Of a stretch of DNA of 64,000 nucleotides, positions 34,408-46,658 are shown one piece after another. The notes beneath the pieces were generated by a model. It was not told the DNA's origin. It saw only the letters and a program-made list of their open reading frames with translations, and searched no databases. The translations under genes and the position numbers were made by a program. Numbering within the stretch: the first letter of the stretch is position 1; every line of letters begins with the position of its first letter. The DNA comes from Octopus bimaculoides (lineage: Eukaryota): the NCBI RefSeq assembly GCF_001194135.2, contig NC_068984.1:18920340-18984339 (forward strand), read 5' to 3'.

Positions 34408-35352
34408 AGAGGTAGTTAGACAGGAGAGCTAGGAGAGCTATATATATATATATATATATATNNNNNNNNNNNNNNNNNNNNNNNNNNNNNNNNNNNNNNN
34501 NNNNNNNNNNNNNNNNNNNNNNNNNNNNNNNNNNNNNNNNNNNNNNNNNNNNNNNNNNNNNNNNNNNNNNNNNNNNNNNNNNNNNNNNNNNNNNNNNNNN
34601 NNNNNNNNNNNNNNNNNNNNNNNNNNNNNNNNNNNNNNNNNNNNNNNNNNNNNNNNNNNNNNNNNNNNNNNNNNNNNNNNNNNNNNNNNNNNNNNNNNNN
34701 NNNNNNNNNNNNNNNNNNNNNNNNNNNNNNNNNNNNNNNNNNNNNNNNNNNNNNNNNNNNNNNNNNNNNNNNNNNNNNNNNNNNNNNNNNNNNNNNNNNN
34801 NNNNNNNNNNNNNNNNNNNNNNNNNNNNNNNNNNNNNNNNNNNNNNNNNNNNNNNNNNNNNNNNNNNNNNNNNNNNNNNNNNNNNNNNNNNNNNNNNNNN
34901 NNNNNNNNNNNNNNNNNNNNNNNNNNNNNNNNNNNNNNNNNNNNNNNNNNNNNNNNNNNNNNNNNNNNNNNNNNNNNNNNNNNNNNNNNNNNNNNNNNNN
35001 NNNNNNNNNNNNNNNNNNNNNNNNNNNNNNNNNNNNNNNNNNNNNNNNNNNNNNNNNNNNNNNNNNNNNNNNNNNNNNNNNNNNNNNNNNNNNNNNNNNN
35101 NNNNNNNNNNNNNNNNNNNNNNNNNNNNNNNNNNNNNNNNNNNNNNNNNNNNNNNNNNNNNNNNNNNNNNNNNNNNNNNNNNNNNNNNNNNNNNNNNNNN
35201 NNNNNNNNNNNNNNNNNNNNNNNNNNNNNNNNNNNNNNNNNNNNNNNNNNNNNNNNNNNNNNNNNNNNNNNNNNNNNNNNNNNNNNNNNNNNNNNNNNNN
35301 NNNNNNNNNNNNNNNNNNNNNNNNNNNNNNNNNNNNNNNNNNNNNNNNNNNN

Positions 35353-35408
35353 TAGGGTTTAGGGTTAGTGTTAGGGTTAGGTTTAGGGTTTTAGGGTTAG
35401 GGTTGGGT
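35353..35408 (+). repeat. Degenerate (TTAGGG)n-like repeat at a gap edge
   Basis: tagggtttagggttagtgttagggttaggtttagggttttagggttagggttggg. Confidence 0.7.
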
Positions 35409-35929
35409 AATCGTGCGCGTGTTAATCTGAAAAATTACAGAAATGTGAAAATTACCGGCCCTGCCATCTATTATAATTCTTGTTGTTCTGTTTATTACAT
35501 ACATAGATTATGCCTCCAAACAAGAGAGTTTGCTGGGGAAAGAAAGCAACCAGTTTAAAATGACAGCAACAGACTGCAGCAATTCACCACATTCCAGAAG
35601 CTACTTTGAACATAATGCAAAGTGGTGCATCAACATATNNNNNNNNNNNNNNNNNNNNNNNNNNNNNNNNNNNNNNNNNNNNNNNNNNNNNNNNNNNNNN
35701 NNNNNNNNNNNNNNNNNNNNNNNNNNNNNNNNNNNNNNNNNNNNNNNNNNNNNNNNNNNNNNNNNNNNNNNNNNNNNNNNNNNNNNNNNNNNNNNNNNNN
35801 NNNNNNNNNNNNNNNNNNNNNNNNNNNNNNNNCAACATATTCTACCTAATCTGATAGAATTCTGGCAAAATTGTGTAGCAACAGATCGCCAGCAATTGCT
35901 TCATCAGAAATTGCCATCCTACCTCCTGC

Positions 35930-36205
35930 TAAAAGAGATTACCCTGCTATATATAATCAAGGCAGCGCAAAAATTTTGTTTTGCACAAGCATTTCTACAG
36001 CCAAATAGACGGATGAAATTTACGTACGCTTAATAATTTTACGCAAAGCAGCCTTCAGACTTTCCCTATTAATTTCATCGTCTTTTGAATTATGAACATA
36101 TTTACATCATAAGGGTTTTTTCTTTTTAGTTGATTTTCACCTAGCAAGACTTATCGTAGATGGCGTAATAAGTCACACCCGGATAAGGTCGGGTTATACT
36201 GCTAG
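35930..36205 (+). mobile_element. Non-autonomous Helitron-like element (3' end)
   Basis: Subterminal hairpin acccgga-taagg-tcgggt followed by CTAG|T at 36202-36206. The 5' boundary is uncertain. Confidence 0.45.
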
Positions 36206-36229
36206 TATATATATATAAACAGAACGAAT

Positions 36230-36630
36230 GACGAATATAGAAAAACCCAAACAACCCTGGAACCTATACATGTCAATCAACAACCTCGCAAACTCAATGC
36301 AGTGGTATCATATCAGTGTTACTAATCCAAACAAGGCTCTACCCACGCAAGTTTTCACATTAAGTGAGAAAGGAGATAAACCAGATAAATTTGCCGCGAT
36401 GTTTTCTCCTGTGGGTGTTAAAGTTGGACATGTAAGTAATGCGGCTTTTAAACCCACAAGCCGCCAAAGCCTCGTTATAGATGGACGATGCTGCATTGAA
36501 TACATCTTTATTGGGAGATAGGTTCAGCATCTTCTTATTGACATTCTTTACAAGATTGTTGAACACCATACGCGAGTCGCAAGAAACTATGTTGATGTAC
36601 GGCAGCCTCTCGTTTGGTTAACAGTGATTC
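36230..36630 (-). mobile_element. Penelope-like element fragment (RT C-terminus/linker)
   Basis: PNERLPYINIVS...VFNNLVKNVNKKMLNLSPNKDVFNAASSIYNEALAACGF...KHRGKFIWF resembles the PLE pattern YIN..SNHP...RLS..S.N...F..A...Y..AL...IIWFNPPF. Confidence 0.7.
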
Positions 36631-38365
36631 AATGTTTGACGATTAAAGTTTTATAGATTTTTTTTTTTCAAAATTTTAATTTTGCTTTTTTACTTGTGTA
36701 AGTTGGCAATATCACTCTTTGGGAACATGTTCAACTATGTTAAGCGTTAGAGAAAGAAACCTAGTTATTTCCTGCGATAAATACATCTAAAGCAAAAATT
36801 GTTCATGGACTCTGAAAATACTACTGTGCTTCCTCAATTTACAAATTGTCTTGCATAGACCCCGAGACTTTTATACGAACCTCGGTTGAGAACTACTGAT
36901 GTAGATTAAAATATAGTAAATTTATTTTACGTTATTATAAGTAGTATATTCAAAGTTATTTTCATTCTAAACAAGATAGAGCAGGGGAGAATAAAAAAAG
37001 GAAGAAGACAAATAGATCCATCTCTGCCTGATTTAAAATGAAGACAATTATTTGAAATATCTTGAATATATTATTTATAAATAGCAAAATGAACTGACTA
37101 TTTAATACACTACATTGATGAAGCATAAAGACACAGAAATAGTTCGTTTATGAGTTCAATTATTGGAAAAATATGAAATGTAAATAAATATAGATTTAAT
37201 TGTGTAACAGTAATAATGTTTGCAGTCACTTGAGAATATATTATGTATGTATGTATGTGCGTACGTACATATGTATGTATTTCACTTTCCTTCACACAAA
37301 AAAAAATGGATGTATCAAATTAACACAATTGCTCTTTTGATTACAAAATGTAACAGTTGACATAATGAGGAAAATTCAAACGCATGACGACGATCAAGGC
37401 ATGGGTAACGAAGAGTCAAATCATTGTCACGAATCTATGCAAGAATGCCATGTATGTGCGCATTCCCCTCGTGTTTAGGAGACATGCAATTGCAAAAAGG
37501 TAGCTGATACCAAGAGGAAATGCTAAAGAATAGAATAATTTCTAGACCACCTGAAATACAATCTTTTAATCATTTATTAAACCTTTTTTTTTTATTCCCT
37601 GCATTAATTTAGAGCACGTTTCTTTCCGTTATTATTTTTCTTTCGTCTCCAGTTCAAGAAATTCAGCTACTAATTCCAGTAACAGTTCTGTTAGGACCCT
37701 TCCCGGGTCATACAGACTTATAGGGGTCGGTTCCCCGGCTTCCGTGGAGCATATATTTTCTCATCTGGACTCTGGACGGGATGCCGATCCGCCGCAGGGT
37801 TAGACATTTTTGCAAGCTGAGTAGATTGGAGCAACGCGAAATGAAGTATGACAAAAATTTGACATTCATAGTAAGCAAGATATGAAAATTATAATCTTCA
37901 GATTTAAGTAATATAATTATGTAATTGGAGAAAATTTATAAAAAGGAAAAAATGAATAAATAAATAGTGTGAGAGATCGAGAGATCTAAAGATAGAATGA
38001 CAACGAATTCCACCGTCACTTCAGAAGATATAGGGAGTATTTGTTGACAAATCAAATTTTATTTTATTTTTCAGGAATGAGGTTAATATCTAAAAAAAGA
38101 TATTGTATAGATCGTTGATTTTAGGGAGAAAGATAAGAGATAAGCTAAATACATCACAAACAACTGCCAGAAGTATCAAATGTATCTTTTTTCCATAAGA
38201 TTTTAAACATTAAAAGTAAAACTGTCTATAATCTATACAATACCGTAAATGCATTAGAGGACACACCTGTCAGGTGAGATTTAACGCATGCGTAATACAG
38301 CAAAAACAAAACAAAACTTTTGTGACACATTGAGGTAAAAAAAGAGATTTAGGAAATAAAGAAGC

Positions 38366-38450
38366 ATGATGTTGGAGGAGCTAAAACACCTTTTAAATTT
38401 CCTCTGTTTTATATTTATATTGTTTCATTGTTGTAATGCCGAAAGAATTA
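38366..38450 (+). CDS. Secreted single-CUB, putatively GPI-anchored protein, exon 1 (signal peptide MMLEELKHLLNFLCFIFILFHCCNA-ERI)
   Basis: ATG, hydrophobic h-region ending in C-N-A, perfect GTAAGT donor, phase 1 matching exon 2. Confidence 0.75.
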
Positions 38451-38494
38451 GTAAGTACAAAGTTAATATTTTATGATAAGTACGCATTATGTTT

Positions 38495-39064
38495 CCATAC
38501 ACAATGGAAACAAACAATGTAATCGAAGGATAACTATATATATGTGTGTGTATGTATATATGTATGTATGTATGTATATATCTATATATATATATATATN
38601 NNNNNNNNNNNNNNNNNNNNNNNNNNNNNNNNNNNNNNNNNNNNNNNNNNNNNNNNNNNNNNNNNNNNNNNNNNNNNNNNNNNNNNNNNNNNNNNNNNNN
38701 NNNNNNNNNNNNNATATGTATGTATGTATGTATGTATATATGGCTATCCTTCGATTAACAATGTAATCGAAGGATAGCCACACACACACACACAGATTTT
38801 GTTTTGGGATTTGGCTTGCAAGATTCTTTATGTGAGTTCGTGTGTTGAAACATATTTTGTTGTGCGTGCCTTATAATTTAACACACTCACCGATAAAGTT
38901 TCCACTTATTTCCTTCTTTATTTTTCTAAAATTTTCGTTATTGACTGTCCGTTATCCGAGCTGCATTCTTTTTGTTTGTTTATTTGTGCGCATGTGTTAA
39001 ATTATAAGGCTCTAAAAGAAATGGCTATCCTACGTTTAACAAACAATGCAATCGAAGGTTAGCC

Positions 39065-39100
<36 letters not shown>

Positions 39101-39197
39101 CTATCCTTCGATTAACAATGTAATCGAAGAATAGCATATATATATATAGATAGATATGGCTATCCTTCAATTATATTGTTTGTTTCCATTGTATATG
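38495..39197. mobile_element. Foldback/MITE-like element with TIRs of about 45 bp and internal 40-bp palindromic units
   Basis: catacacaatggaaacaaacaatgtaatcgaaggataact vs its reverse complement at 39154-39197; internal tggctatccttcgatt-aacaatgt-aatcgaaggatagcca units. Confidence 0.65.
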
Positions 39198-39460
39198 ATG
39201 TGTGGAGGAGAACCAAAATTTATCGAATATGATAAATAAAAAAAGTCTAATTTAAAACTAAAGGAACAAAACGTTGTATACATCATAACAATTTTTTTTT
39301 AATGTGAAAGAAAACAAAAACACGGACAGCAAAAGCAAACATTGCGTGTGTGTGTAAACTCATGTGATAAGTGAAATAACTTCGTGTCACAGGTTATTTA
39401 TGATCAAACGCAAATTATGTTTGTGTGTGTGTGTGTGTGTGTGAATAATAGATCTCTTCA

Positions 39461-39990
39461 GTGAACCTCCTCCCCTATATCTGCCCACTATTCTTCGGTG
39501 CAAAATTATTTGGGCTCACTAAACCCAATGGAGACCTGCGTCCCATTGTGGTCGGCTGCAACCTTCGTTGTCTCACTGTAAAGGTGTGCTTACAATCGGT
39601 CTCTAGCTTATTGGAGGAGGAATTTCCCCCCACTCAGCTAGGAGTGGGCATCAAATTGGGATGTGAAGCTACTGCCCATGCTACCAGAACCGATGCCAAC
39701 CTGCCCTCCTTGTCACCTAAGGTCATCCTCAAACTTCACCTTAAGAATGTCTTCATCTCCATCAACCGTGATGCTGTTTTCAGCTCAGTAAGAAGGAAGG
39801 TCCCACAACTCTACTGCCTTGTATGGCAGGCTTATTGGGAGACCTCCTATGTCTCTTTGGGTGACCAAATCATGATCTCCGCCTCAGGAGTCCAACAGGG
39901 CGACCCACTCGGGCCCACTCTCTTTGCACTGGGCATTGATGACATCATCAAGATGGGGGTCGAGAATCTGGTATCTCAACAATGCTTGTT
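39461..39990 (+). mobile_element. CRE-clade non-LTR retrotransposon reverse transcriptase fragment
   Basis: KPNGDLRPIVVG, QLGVGIKLGCEA..H, KNVFISINR and SGVQQGDPLGPTLF. The QLGVG..GCEA and QQGDPLGP motifs are typical of CRE/SLACS-type RT. Confidence 0.75.
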
Positions 39991-41246
39991 TGGTGGGACC
40001 TCTCACATTCGTAGAGATGCAGGCAAATGACAGCAATCGAGACGATCAAAGTCACATGATCAAAACTAAAATCACAACAATGTTCTTTGAGTCACCATTA
40101 ATTAAAATTCCTCAATTTCCAAGAACATTAATTTAAATTTCTGAACTCCTTATATTTTCCATCACTCTTTGTATAATCCAACAAAAGTGAAGCAACATGA
40201 ATTTAAGTATTAAATTTTACCATTCTTATTAACTCAAGTAGTATTGTATGGAATATTAAGCAAGACAAACCTAGAATTTCTTCCAGCAATTACTTAGCTG
40301 TAGTAAACTTCCTACTTAGTTGGCATTACATCATTTTAATTTCATTAATGCATTTGAACTGAGTTTAAATAACATTTCAATAAACTATTTACTTTCAATC
40401 TTAACCTAGTTTCCTCTATTTTATCATCATCCATCAAACTTTGATTTTTCAGTGTTGGCATAAGTTTATATGATCAATATGAAAACATTTCCATATGTCT
40501 TACTTCTTCATCATTTTACCTGCAATGCATTAATGTTCTGCAGTCTCATTTTCCTGACTTGTTTATCTTCTGCAGCCATTTCACACACTTTCTCACTCGG
40601 GGATTAAATTTGTATTCTTCACTGTCAACTTGGATTGATTTCTAATCAATCTAGCTTACAAGTCTGATGGGTAACTTTGTGAACCAATTTTCTGAAGTTT
40701 CTGTAAGAAAAACATTCAATAATTTATATCACAACTCGAGAATCTTGGTAACTTCTTCCTTCCTAATGTCCTACATATTTTTAAAGAAGTATTTTTTTGA
40801 GAAAATATTTCACAGAAAAAATTCTTTTTATCTCTCAATCTACCTGTAAAATGAATTTTGAACTCAAAATATTTATTCTGTCAAATGTTTCAAACTTTGG
40901 AACATCACTGAGATAGTAAAATGTGACATCAGTCTATGTATGAAGTATCTAGTCTATTGTTCCACCACTATGTACATTTAACATGACTAGGGCTAATGCA
41001 GAATAGCACATCTGGAAAAATGCATTTTTTTGAAAAATTCTTTTGCATCCCTACGTTTTAGATGCTGGAGATTACGAATATGCAAAAAGAAATTTTTTTA
41101 ATTTCACCCCAATTTAAAATTTTGAATTTCTTTTGAAATTTTTTTCCTATGTTTTAGATGACAGAGATTCCAAATATGCAAGAAGCCGCATTTTCAAAAT
41201 TTTAGATTCAATAAGCATATAGATATGTGTATAAAGAGATAGATAA

Positions 41247-41295
<49 letters not shown>

Positions 41296-41710
41296 CAGAT
41301 AGATAGATAGATAGATGTGTATNNNNNNNNNNNNNNNNNNNNNNNNNNNNNNNNNNNNNNNNNNNNNNNNNNNNNNNNNNNNNNNNNNNNNNNNNNNNNN
41401 NNNNNNNNNNNNNNNNNNNNNNNNNNNNNNNNNNNNNNNNNNNNNNNNNNNNNNNNNNNNNNNNNNNNNNNNNNNNNNNNNNNNNNNNNNNNNNNNNNNN
41501 NNNNNNNNNNNNNNNNNNNNNNNNNNNNNNNNNNNNNNNNNNNNNNNNNNNNNNNNNNNNNNNNNNNNNNNNNNNNNNNNNNNNNNNNNNNNNNNNNNNN
41601 NNNNNNNNNNNNNNNNNNNNNNNNNNNNNNNNNNNNNNNNNNNNNNNNNNNNNNNNNNNNNNNNNNNNNNNNNNNNNNNNNNNNNNNNNNNNNTATAAAG
41701 AGATAGATAA

Positions 41711-41759
<49 letters not shown>

Positions 41760-42317
41760 CAGATAGATAGATAGATAGATGTGTATGTCTTCCTGGAGCT
41801 AAAAACAACAGTAACACCGTCTTCTATAGGACAGCCACATTTAGTTGACAAATATATTGTATGAATAAACAGGCAGGGATAAATAGATAGACAGATAAAT
41901 AAATAAATGGATGAAAAAAGTTCAAAATTTAGAATTAGAGGAAGGGATGAAATTTGAGCCCCTTATTAAACTTTATAATATTAATTATAAAACATTAATG
42001 TTTGTTTCTCAAAAAATGGTGTATATTTGATTTATGNNNNNNNNNNNNNNNNNNNNNNNNNNNNNNNNNNNNNNNNNNNNNNNNNNNNNNNNNNNNNNNN
42101 NNNNNNNNNNNNNNNNNNNNNNNNNNNNNNNNNNNNNNNNNNNNNNNNNNNNNNNNNNNNNNNNNNNNNNNNNNNNNNNNNNNNNNNNNNNNNNNNNNNN
42201 NNNNNNNNNNNNNNNNNNNNNNNNNNNNNNNNNNNNNNNNNNNNNNNNNNNNNNNNNNNNNNNNNNNNNNNNNNNNNNNNNNNNNNNNNNNNNNNNNNNN
42301 NNACCAGAGGTAGAATA

Positions 42318-42489
42318 ATATACTTTATTTAAAAGCAGCAGAAATATAACAAAAAGCTGTTACTCAGAGTTTCACGTTTCTGTTCATCAGACAGTTTTGT
42401 TTTCTAACAAAACTGTCTGATGAACAGGAACGTGAAACTCTGAGTAACACCTTTGTGTTATATTTCTGCTGCTTTTAAATAAAGTATAT
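42318..42489. repeat. 172-bp near-perfect palindrome carrying an inverted pair of hammerhead motifs
   Basis: Arms 42318-42401 and 42406-42489, loop TTCT, only a few mismatches. Confidence 0.9.
42412..42450 (+). ncRNA. Putative minimal type I hammerhead ribozyme (mirror copy on - strand at about 42356-42395)
   Basis: CUGU-CUGAUGA-AC(AGGAAC)GU-GAAA-CUC-U-GAG-UA-ACA: intact core, palindromic stem III, GUA triplet with predicted cut after 42446. Confidence 0.6.
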
Positions 42490-43014
42490 ATATATATATA
42501 TATATATGATGGGCTTCTGTTAGTTTCTGTCTACCAAATCCACTCGCAAGGCTTTGGTTGGCCCTATGCTATTGTAGGAGACACTTGCCCAAGGTGCCAT
42601 ACAGTGGGACTGAACCTGGAACCATGTGTTTGTGAAGCAAGCTGCACCTATATGTTTTTCAATTTTCATTTTTTACCTTTCCTAAATACATTTGATATTA
42701 CATTAATAACATCAGTTGCGAGGTGCGGTTCATTTCTTTGATGTAAGCTCTGCACAACTCTTATATAATACAATTTTATATATTACCATCTTATGATATT
42801 GGATTATCCCATAAATAATGCGTTTTTTTTTATACTTCTTTTATTTTTCAAAATTAAGACAAACAAAATTCTTTTTTAATCTAAAATATACTCTCCTTCA
42901 TTTTCTACAATGTTCTCCCATCTATCTGGTAGACTTACAAGGCCCTTCTCCCAAAATACTCCTCCAGTACTATTCTGACCTCGTCTACAGAATTCATACA
43001 TTTTCTGTCCAGAA

Positions 43015-43540
43015 GACTGGGGAATAAATGATAATCAGATGGGGTAATCTCTGGTGAATATGGTGGATGAGGCATTGTTTTCCAAAACTGCTCCAGCCTT
43101 TGGAATGTCATCCTTGCTGTATGTGGCTGAGCATTATCCTGATGGAAGAATACCTTTTGTCTTGAAACTAAAGATGGTTACTTTTCTTCTAGTGCTGACT
43201 GGTTGATTGACCGAATCCAAGCTTCTCTGATAGTTCCTCAACAATTACAATGAGGTTTTGTTCCACCAGGGTTTGCAGTACATTCTTGTTGTGCTCTACA
43301 GATCTTCCAGGATGAAGCTTGCTATCTAGACTGTAGTTTCTGGCTCAGAATTTCTGAAACCACCATTGACACAGGCTTACATCTATTGTCCAATCCCCAT
43401 ATACTGCATTAATATTCCTCGCATTTTCCATTGTATTGTTGCCTTTATTGAACGCATAAATTAAAATATGCCAAATATGCTCCTTTCTCACTTCCATTAT
43501 AGCTTTGAAAAAATAACTGTTAAAATCGAACTGCACTCTT
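43015..43540 (-). mobile_element. Internally deleted mariner transposase pseudogene
   Basis: N-terminus MEVRKEHIWHILIYAFNKGNN...NINAVYG...QWWFQKF; C-terminal FHQDNAQPHTA...PHPPYSPEITPSDYHLF (mariner HxDNA and YSPDLAPSD motifs). Confidence 0.85.
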
Positions 43541-43780
43541 CAAAACTTGCACTAAGAATAAGGACAAGGTAAAATTACTACCTGCTATTATAGCAAGTTG
43601 ATGCAGGTAGTTTATCCCATCCTCCTCCAACTTTGAGTTCATGCAATTGAAAAAAAAAAAAACACATTTATGGAATGACCCAATATATTATAAGCATTTT
43701 TGTAAATAATTTGAATATTTTCTAGTTTACCATTTTAGTCATTTACTTATAGAAATAACCAAATTTATTCTGTTCTTCAG

Positions 43781-44016
43781 TTGATATGGAAAGTTATGAC
43801 TGTGTCCACACGGAACCATTTCAAGTCAGTGACAATGATTTGATGAGAATCAGAGCACAGCCTCGACATGACAGAGGAGATAGATTCAAATGCAAAATTA
43901 CACTACAGGCATTGCAAACAAAATTTTTCTATGTGTATATTGCAGATATTGATATTAAAGAATGTGGTGTAACTTTAAAATTCTATGATTATTATTATAA
44001 TAGACAAAATATGATT
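43781..44016 (+). CDS. Single-CUB protein exon 2 (IDMESYDC...FKCKITLQA...KECGVTLKFYD...QNMI)
   Basis: TTCTTCAG acceptor, GTAAGT donor, 236 nt, phase 1/0; CUB-like CxIxLxA and CxxxLxxYD motifs. Confidence 0.8.
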
Positions 44017-44997
44017 GTAAGTATAAACTTTTGCTCTTTTTTATTCATTGAAAAATACATAATTCTTTTTTTTTTTAATGTAATATTTTTATGCCAGAAA
44101 TCACTGATGCTCTCAAAAGATTGTACTGAAGTACTTCTACAAACTATTGTAAATTTCCCTAAGACGTTTATGCAAAACTATATCTGAATCAAGATATAAA
44201 TCCAAACTTCACTGATCACCATTTACTGTGAATGTGAAAGATAACCTGAAGAATTTTAGAAAGTTTAGTTACTTTTGTGCTGAGATTTTCATAAAGCAAA
44301 ACAAAAGTCTGTGAATTTTAACATGTTAATTGCCTCATGTAGCACCAGTGGTTCAATGCAAATTTCACACAACTGCCATATGCACCACCAGTGGTTGGTA
44401 CATTTTCATGATTTGAAAAAATATTTTATTCTGTATCTGCGATATGGTTTTCAGGATATTTAAATAACACAAGTGCTAAATATTAAAGTTTAATTGTGAA
44501 ATATTGTAAAAATGTAAAAAAAAAAAAACACTATATATATTTCCTTGTAATCAAATAGTGTGCAGTATAACCAGGAACATGTGGCACCACCAGTCATTTC
44601 CAGTAACAGGCTATGACAGTTAACATATTAAATATTGCCCTTAATTGTTTTGTATCTCTTAAAAAAAGGGCTCCATGTTTTGTATGCTACATAGTTAGTC
44701 TTCATTTTAAGTGTTCTAGCCATGACCATCCCATCTTATTTTCCAGACAGTGTATCAAAGACTATATTGTCCAATGTATTATTACTCCAAGATAGAAAGT
44801 TGTGACATGAGGAAAATTTGGCTGTATAGTTTCCTGGCAACTGCTTCAAAACATTTTATCTTACTCTGATTTTTGTTCAACAAATATTTTTTTGGTGGGG
44901 TGGGGGGAATAAAGCTTTTTAGAAGCAAAATATTAAATAACTATAAAAATTTATGTATAACTAATTACTTATGTTTTGTTCTACTTTGTATTTATAG

Positions 44998-45130
44998 AAA
45001 GAGTTAAGTTGCAAAACAACACCAGGTGCTTATTTCCAGAGCCGTAGTAATATTTTAATTGTGGAACTTGACAAACTAACAAGTTCAAATACTGTTTACC
45101 GATTCTCTATAGTAGCAGCTACAAATCACG
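44998..45130 (+). CDS. Single-CUB protein exon 3 (KELSCKTTPGAYFQSRSNILIVEL...FSIVAATNH)
   Basis: TTTATAG acceptor, G|GTAAGT donor, 133 nt, phase 0/1; fourth Cys and the S.SN.L.V CUB motif. Confidence 0.8.
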
Positions 45131-45860
45131 GTAAGTCTGATATTTTCCTTTTTATGTTAGGCATATGGTTTATTGGCTAAGGGTGTTGCACTCAAAAACA
45201 TAAGATCATAATTTCAATTCCAGGATCAGTCTGTGTATTGTATTCTTGAGCAAAACACTTCATTTCATGTTGCACCAGTCCACTCACCTGGCAAAAATGA
45301 GTTCCAATAACTGGGAAATTAATCCCGACAGAGCAATGTCCCATTCAATGGCGGAGGGGGTGTTGTGACCTCAGTCACTTATGTGCAATGGAAACCAGGC
45401 TTGTCTCCAGTTTTATAAGTATGTCAAAGTCTGCATATGTTACATGACAGGTGGTGCAATGGATTCTAAATAAATTGTGTACAGGGGTATGGTTTGCATG
45501 AGAAAGAGATTGCTGGAACTTAGTATTATTGTGTAACTATTGAATGATTTAAGCTTTTTGAAACAATTTGGTAAGTCATCATCATCATCATTTAATGTCA
45601 GTTTTCTATGCTGGAATGGGTTGGATGTAATCTTCAAATTTTAATTTTGATAAAATGGCCATTGGAAGTGCTGGCATGCTAATGATTCTACCAACTTGTT
45701 GCATTCACCACCTCACATAATATTAACCATCCTACTATATTTTATCAATATATAAAATGTTTCATATTTAGTTTTTCTTTAAACAAATAATACATTTAAT
45801 TACAAATTATAAATTTTACACTCCTACCTCTTCAGCTATTGCTATCTATCTATCTATCTA

Positions 45861-45896
<36 letters not shown>

Positions 45897-45899
45897 ATC

Positions 45900-46565
45900 A
45901 TCATTGTCATTTAGCATTCATTTGTCCATGCTAGCATGGGAACGGTTTGACCAGGGCTGGTAAGCTGAGGTGCTGCACCAGACTCCAGTCTGATTTGGCA
46001 TGGCTTCTACAGCTGGATGCCCTTCCTAATGCCAACCACTCCAAGAATGTAATGGGTGCTTTTACTGGTATGGGTGCCATCTACGTGGCACCAGTATCTG
46101 CCACAGCTATGATTTCACTTGGCTTGATGGATCTTTCTTCTCAAGCACGGCATATTGCCAAAGGTCTCAGTCGTTTGTTATTGCCTCCATGAGGCTCAAT
46201 GCTCAAAAGGTGCTTTTTACATGCCACCAACAACAGCCACAACTATGATATGTCTTGGCTTGATGGGTCTTCTCAAACACTGCATATTGCCAAAGGTCTC
46301 AGTCACTAGTCATTGTCTCTGTGAGGCCCAACGTTCGAAGATCATACTTCATCACCTCATCCCATGTCTTCTTAGGTCTCCCTCTTCCACAACTTCCTTT
46401 CACTGGTAGATATCGGCACTTCTTGACACTGCTGTCCACATCCATACACATCACATAACCATACCAATGCAGCTGTCTCTCTTGTGCACCACATCTGATG
46501 CCTCATATGCCCAGTTTTTCTCTCAGGACATTTACACTCTGTCATGTATGCACACTGACAACACA
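45900..46565 (-). mobile_element. RTE LINE 3' end (C-terminal coding remnant and 3' UTR)
   Basis: Homologous to 8652-9310. Confidence 0.8.
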
Positions 46566-46658
46566 CATCCAGCGAAGGATGCTAGCTTATATATATATAT
46601 ACATATACACATATCACGATGTAAAAAGTCTTATGTTGTTTTTATTTTTTTAATTCAG

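Noticed and set aside
35353-35408. True telomere or chromosome end
   Set aside because: The tract is short and degenerate, with genes and ordinary sequence on both sides.
38741-39172. CRISPR-like array of 40-bp palindromic repeats
   Set aside because: The spacers are microsatellites of very unequal length, there are no cas genes, the context is eukaryotic, and the units sit within TIRs.
41147-42332. Long ORFs of 94-234 aa
   Set aside because: They are artefacts of N runs and (GATA)n/(TA)n microsatellites.
43909-43914. GC donor ending CUB exon 2 early
   Set aside because: The frame continues with CUB-like residues to a perfect GTAAGT donor at 44017.
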